From contig JAEOTO010000031.1 in the NCBI GenBank assembly GCA_016839805.1, forward strand, positions 96,001-160,000: a stretch of 64,000 bases of DNA, read 5' to 3'. Positions 59,907 to 64,000 of the stretch are shown here, one piece after another. The translations under genes and the position numbers were made by a program. Origin of the DNA: Candidatus Hermodarchaeota archaeon (lineage in GTDB: Archaea > Asgardarchaeota > Hermodarchaeia > Hermodarchaeales > Hermodarchaeaceae). Within the stretch, counting starts at the first letter, position 1. Every line of letters begins with the position of its first letter. The notes below the pieces were generated by a model. That model did not search any database. It was not told the origin of the DNA and saw only the letters and a list, made by a program, of their open reading frames with translations.

Positions 59907-60063
59907 AAAAAAGAAAACTACTCTCGTAATCTTCGAACGCGAAATTGGGCTAAATGAGTACACAACGAATTTACTTCACAAAATCGTTTTAGCAGTTGTA
60001 TCCACACTCCGGACACCAGAACTCAAAGGCTCGGAGAACATCCGCATCGAAATTAGTAAATAA
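59896..60063 (+). CDS. MobB C-terminal-domain-like small protein (55 aa), not in the ORF track
   Basis: MASEKKKTTLVIFEREIGLNEYTTNLLHKIVLAVVSTLRTPELKGSENIRIEISK*; resembles the I.LN.FV...I...V...V.SLK...I.I.I tail of long MobB proteins; GGTGA SD upstream. Confidence 0.6.
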   Translation: MASEKKKTTLVIFEREIGLNEYTTNLLHKIVLAVVSTLRTPELKGSENIRIEISK

Positions 60064-60089
60064 CCTTTGATGCTTCGGTTGCAATAGTC

Positions 60090-60590
60090 ATGAAAAATTT
60101 ACTTCCAGTAAAAGTAGTAAAGTTACACAGTGTTCCTAAACAACCAGGTATCTATGCGCTACTCATCCATATCGTAATGAATATCAGAATTCAGCCCCGG
60201 AAACAGCCGGAATTTGAGCTTCCTCCAGCTATCTACGTAAATGGGGGACCAGCCTTAGGTATAACATCAACAAACCTAAGACAGCGAATTCACCGCCATT
60301 TTCAAACCACATCACAGAACCCCTTGTTTTGGCATATTGATTTTCTTCTCCAGGAAACAGGCCCGCCAATCCTCTGCGTTTTCGCTGAAACACAACAACC
60401 CTTGGAATGCTTACTCATACAAACCCTCCAAGCCAAGGGGGGTCGACCCATTCTCGGATTTGGTTCCTCCGATTGTAAGGTCAACTGTGGGGGTCACCTC
60501 CTTTCCTATCCAAACAACTTAGAAAAGACTAGTTCAAAATTAGTGCAAGCATTTCATACTCTTGAACTAGAGCCAATTATTACTAGTTAA
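60090..60590 (+). CDS. DUF123 / Uri (GIY-YIG) superfamily endonuclease
   Basis: GIYALLI, LRQRIHRH, WHIDFLL, EC, GFGSSDC..C..HL. Confidence 0.85.
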   Translation: MKNLLPVKVVKLHSVPKQPGIYALLIHIVMNIRIQPRKQPEFELPPAIYVNGGPALGITSTNLRQRIHRHFQTTSQNPLFWHIDFLLQETGPPILCVFAETQQPLECLLIQTLQAKGGRPILGFGSSDCKVNCGGHLLSYPNNLEKTSSKLVQAFHTLELEPIITS

Positions 60591-60725
60591 AATAACAAAT
60601 TAACCTGGGCGATTGTATTTGATAGGAGCCGAAACGGGGAAAAAAAAATCCCGTGGGAGCAAGCCTTTTATACATAGCCAAACCCTTTGACTGCTAACGA
60701 GCCAAACCAGTGGTGAACCCGGAGA

Positions 60726-61058
60726 ATGCAGTTCGATTGGTTAGCAAATATCCAAGGAGTCGGCTGGTTCTTGGCCGCCTTTGGCGTGATTCTCCTAATT
60801 GTCCTTCTGTTGTATTGGATTGGTAAGCGAATTGCTCCAAGTAATCCAACAAAGGAGAAGACCACCACCTATGCTTGTGGTGAGGATCTGCCTGCAGTCA
60901 AAACACAATTCCATACCCAACTTCTCCGATACGCCGTCTACTTCACAATTTTTGACATTGTCGCCTTTATCCTGGCAACTTCAATGGGTGTTCTCGGATG
61001 GGTACCTCTTATCTACCTTCTTGTCGCCTTTGTAGCAATCCTCATCCTGAAGAAATAG
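60726..61058 (+). CDS. nuoA: NuoA-like subunit
   Basis: K...YACGE, YAVYF.IFDI; 3 TM helices. Confidence 0.85.
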   Translation: MQFDWLANIQGVGWFLAAFGVILLIVLLLYWIGKRIAPSNPTKEKTTTYACGEDLPAVKTQFHTQLLRYAVYFTIFDIVAFILATSMGVLGWVPLIYLLVAFVAILILKK

Positions 61059-61070
61059 GAGACTAAGAAA

Positions 61071-61505
61071 ATGGGTATCGTTGACAAACTCGTAACATGG
61101 GCACGCATCAAATCCCCCTGGGTCCTACACCTTAATAGTGGTGGATGTAATGGTTGCGATATCGAAATTCTTGATGCATTAACACCCCGATATGACCTAG
61201 AACGGTTTGGTGTTCTGCTAAAAGGCAGTCCACGACATGCAGATGTGCTTCTTTGTTCTGGTCCAATTACAAAACAGGTAGCCAAGCGATTCCTACGCAT
61301 CTACAACCAAACACCGGATCCGAAATTCGTTGTGGGTATCGGGGCTTGTACCATGTCAGGCGGCGTCTTCCGAGAATGTTACAATGTTACTGGTGGTCTT
61401 GAGGGCGTTATCCCTGTGGACGCCTGGATTCCTGGTTGTCCACCCAAACCAGAAGCGATCATTTATGGTGTTGCGGCACTTCTTGGTAAATTACAGGGCG
61501 GATAA
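61071..61505 (+). CDS. nuoB: NuoB / group-4 hydrogenase small-subunit-like protein
   Basis: GGCNGCDIE, YDLERFG, SPRHAD, IGAC..SGG.F, IPGCPPKPE. Confidence 0.9.
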   Translation: MGIVDKLVTWARIKSPWVLHLNSGGCNGCDIEILDALTPRYDLERFGVLLKGSPRHADVLLCSGPITKQVAKRFLRIYNQTPDPKFVVGIGACTMSGGVFRECYNVTGGLEGVIPVDAWIPGCPPKPEAIIYGVAALLGKLQGG

Positions 61506-61518
61506 AAATTCCTTGTGA

Positions 61519-62034
61519 TTGATGGAGGAACACAATATGGCTAAAGAAGAAAAACCCCCAAAGAAGCCCACGAAGAAAGAAGGCAAAATGATGGCTGAAA
61601 TTGAGAAGGCTATGGGTGATGATTTCATCTCCTCAGAATTCCTACGAGAACATAGTATCTATGTGACCGTTAAAGCAGAAGCCGTACGTAAAGCCGTTGA
61701 CTGGATGAAGCAAGAATGGGGCCTTACCCACTTATCGACCATCACGGGCATGGATTTACGCGGAGAACTTGCGGTCATTTACCATTTTGAAGTCAAATCC
61801 GTCTCAGTGAGTTTGCGTATTCAAGTCCCAACATCACATGCCGAAGTGGATTCGATTACACCCCTCATTCCTGGTGCGACCCTCTATGAACGCGAGGTTC
61901 ATGATCTCCTTGGCGTCAAATTCAAGGGACACCCCAATCTCAAGCGACTGATTCTCCCTGAGGACTTTCCAAAGGATACTTATCCTCTGCGCAAAGATTG
62001 GGAATCGCCACGGTTAGATAAACCTGACAAATAG
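61519..62034 (+). CDS. nuoC: NuoC-like subunit
   Basis: HLSTITG.D, YEREVHDL.G..F.GHP.L.RL.LPED....PLRKD. Confidence 0.9.
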   Translation: MMEEHNMAKEEKPPKKPTKKEGKMMAEIEKAMGDDFISSEFLREHSIYVTVKAEAVRKAVDWMKQEWGLTHLSTITGMDLRGELAVIYHFEVKSVSVSLRIQVPTSHAEVDSITPLIPGATLYEREVHDLLGVKFKGHPNLKRLILPEDFPKDTYPLRKDWESPRLDKPDK

Positions 62035-62120
62035 TCAAGACTCCGAATTTCTTCACTTTCAGAATCTTGAAAAGAACTGCATAGTGAGAAAGGGAACTCT
62101 ATTTGGTTGAGTTGGACTAT

Positions 62121-62969
62121 CTACTTTGGTTGTTTTGGTTTATCAGCGAGCTTTGTTTTCGTACCGATAGTGCCGTCATCAAAGTGTGGTGTCCGGTAGA
62201 GACTATCGCCATATTTTTCGATTTCACGGGCTTCGTCAGCTAAAAGGGCTGCTGTACGCATCATCTCATGGGCACTCGCCACAGTTGGGATGTATTTTGC
62301 ATGTTCTTTTTGTTTGAAGCAGCCTTTGACTGCAATTGGTGCCACAGCTTTAGCCATTTCATATGCCGCCATTGCCTTAACCAGGGCATAGGGGTTGGTG
62401 AAATTTCCTGCATCAATTGCTTTTGTAGCGTTAATCACAAGAGTAGGCAGTATTGGTGTTTTTCCTGCAATGATGGTTGCCACAACTTCATCTAATGCGA
62501 GTTGGACAGCTCTGAGGGCTCCTGTTGCAGCTAATACGCGTATAACATCCGCGTTAAATAACGCCATTTCTGTCGGATCAAGGAATTCTCTACGAGCTCC
62601 AATCATAGAATCAGCAGGAATTAAGATGTAACCATACCCTTCACCTGCCAAGGCTTCGCGTTGGTCTTTTGGTAACAGATCTGACAATAGGATAACAGGA
62701 ATTCCTGCGTCTTTGATTAGTTCTCTGGCTTTTGCTGGTCCTTTGAGTGCGGCATTAGGACTCGGAATAAGTACAAGATGTGGTTTTTGTTCGATGAGAA
62801 GTTGTGCGCTTCGTGAGGCTACTTCTTCATTCATTTTAGCCCCAGCGCCGATCAACACAACATCGAAGTTTTCGCGTTCAGCCCGTTCGTCAAAGAGAAG
62901 CTCGATTAGGGGTGATGTTCCAATATTACCTAATTTTAATACGCCAAGAAGGAAGGTTGTTGAACTCAT
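62121..62969 (-). CDS. mtd: F420-dependent methylenetetrahydromethanopterin dehydrogenase
   Basis: KLGNIGTS, DERA.R, G.GAKM, SPN...GP..ARE, DSMIGARREFLDPTEMALFN.D, F.NPYA..KA, AHEMMR.AA.LADEAREIEK..D..R.PH. Confidence 0.95.
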   Translation of the reverse strand: MSSTTFLLGVLKLGNIGTSPLIELLFDERAERENFDVVLIGAGAKMNEEVASRSAQLLIEQKPHLVLIPSPNAALKGPAKARELIKDAGIPVILLSDLLPKDQREALAGEGYGYILIPADSMIGARREFLDPTEMALFNADVIRVLAATGALRAVQLALDEVVATIIAGKTPILPTLVINATKAIDAGNFTNPYALVKAMAAYEMAKAVAPIAVKGCFKQKEHAKYIPTVASAHEMMRTAALLADEAREIEKYGDSLYRTPHFDDGTIGTKTKLADKPKQPK

Positions 62970-63082
62970 ATTAAGAACACCATTGAGTATCAATTCGCTA
63001 ATGGAAGTGGCTGGTTCTGGCGTGGTTTACCGACAAAAATGTTTACTTTCAGGTGAGTAAAGTGCAAATTATGATGGCTGGG

Positions 63083-64000
63083 TCATTTCGGATTGATTTT
63101 TGGTGCTGCAATTCGACGCAAACGTTCGAGACTTTCACTATCAATTTCTTCATGTAGAAACTGACCTGCCTTAATCAGATTCTCAATGATTATCTGCCCT
63201 TGCTCACTTCGGGCAAGCACTGTCGACCATTTCCCAGGTGTTCCTGCACCTCCAACAGAGATATCAGCAAAGTCAGACGCGAAATCTCTGCAAGGATGGC
63301 AACCAGGATCGACCCAGGCTTGAGCTTCTTTGAGGGGTATTTTTAAGGACTCTTTGGCTCCGCGTGGATAAACGAGAAGTTTACCCTTGATGTCGAGTTT
63401 TCGAAGGTTTTCCAATGGAATACCAAGTTCGTCTACGATTTTTTGTTGCATCAACTCTTCAAATTTGAAAGTTTCACTACAGAAGAGCCCAATAGTAAAC
63501 ACAACTGTTCGATCGATTTTCTTCAGTGGTGCTAATCGCATTAGTTGTATACCCTGAATATGACAAGGCGTGCCAACAACAGCCACTTGTTTAAGTTTTC
63601 GCTCCTTCAAGGCTTCTCTTAGTGCCACAAGATTAGGTGAACGAGTGTAACGGGATTTGGAGGCTGCAAGAATTTCCTTTCGTGATGTAGCCACTTGGGG
63701 CATGGGCTTCCATGGCTCATCACAATTGACACCAGAAATGATTGCACCCTCAATCTTGCCCTCCTCTAAAAGATGAATAAGAATCCCTGTCACAACTCCC
63801 CCATCTTGGGATCGTTTGCGTACAGATTCATCAGCATTCCGGAGAGCATAGGCTTGTCGGTACACCCCCAAGAAAGGATCCCTCCTCGCGTCTTCCCCAA
63901 AGACATGTTCATAAATTGGTCCATAATCATCGATCATGCGTGGACACGCTTTCCAACAAAACTCGCACTTGGTACAGTCTTTCACTAACGTTGGATGGAG
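63083..64000 (-). CDS. Coenzyme F420 hydrogenase/dehydrogenase beta subunit (FrhB/FpoF family), 5'-truncated by the window edge
   Basis: CTKCEFCWKACP ferredoxin motif, QDGGVVT, VGTPC, IGLFC.E.F, GC..C.DF....ADISVG; the frame is open to position 64000. Confidence 0.88.
   Translation of the reverse strand, partial: LHPTLVKDCTKCEFCWKACPRMIDDYGPIYEHVFGEDARRDPFLGVYRQAYALRNADESVRKRSQDGGVVTGILIHLLEEGKIEGAIISGVNCDEPWKPMPQVATSRKEILAASKSRYTRSPNLVALREALKERKLKQVAVVGTPCHIQGIQLMRLAPLKKIDRTVVFTIGLFCSETFKFEELMQQKIVDELGIPLENLRKLDIKGKLLVYPRGAKESLKIPLKEAQAWVDPGCHPCRDFASDFADISVGGAGTPGKWSTVLARSEQGQIIIENLIKAGQFLHEEIDSESLERLRRIAAPKINPK

Overview
Chromosomal segment of an archaeon, most likely Asgard (inferred from an eL22-like ribosomal protein and a Roadblock + small GTPase pair, together with archaeal TPI, TFB and A-type ATPase genes). 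It is mostly housekeeping and energy metabolism: two tandem TFB genes, RIO1, FdhD, a histidine-utilisation cluster (hutU-ftcD-hutI ... hutH) interrupted by a 1697-aa Ig-repeat surface protein, an ABC exporter, a P2A ATPase, scattered A/V-type ATP synthase genes (E, H/G, C, K, I), cysS, a split complex-I-like/group-4-hydrogenase cluster, Mtd and an FrhB/FpoF-family gene cut by the window edge. A decayed accessory region (about 41.4-47.1 kb) carries a 167-bp direct repeat, transposase-like and integrase remnants, and small membrane proteins. Most notable: (1) one ATP synthase proteolipid gene encoding eight fused c-hairpins, all keeping the ion-binding Glu (possible one-polypeptide c8 rotor); (2) a tandem-PLD protein fused to a complete Alba domain, with a possible N-terminal membrane anchor; (3) a 71-bp identical tract shared by two diverged TFB paralogs over the BRE-recognition helix; (4) a candidate ~210-nt structured RNA. 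No tRNA, rRNA or CRISPR array was seen. The ORF track gives the wrong strand for 16086..17045; it is on +.
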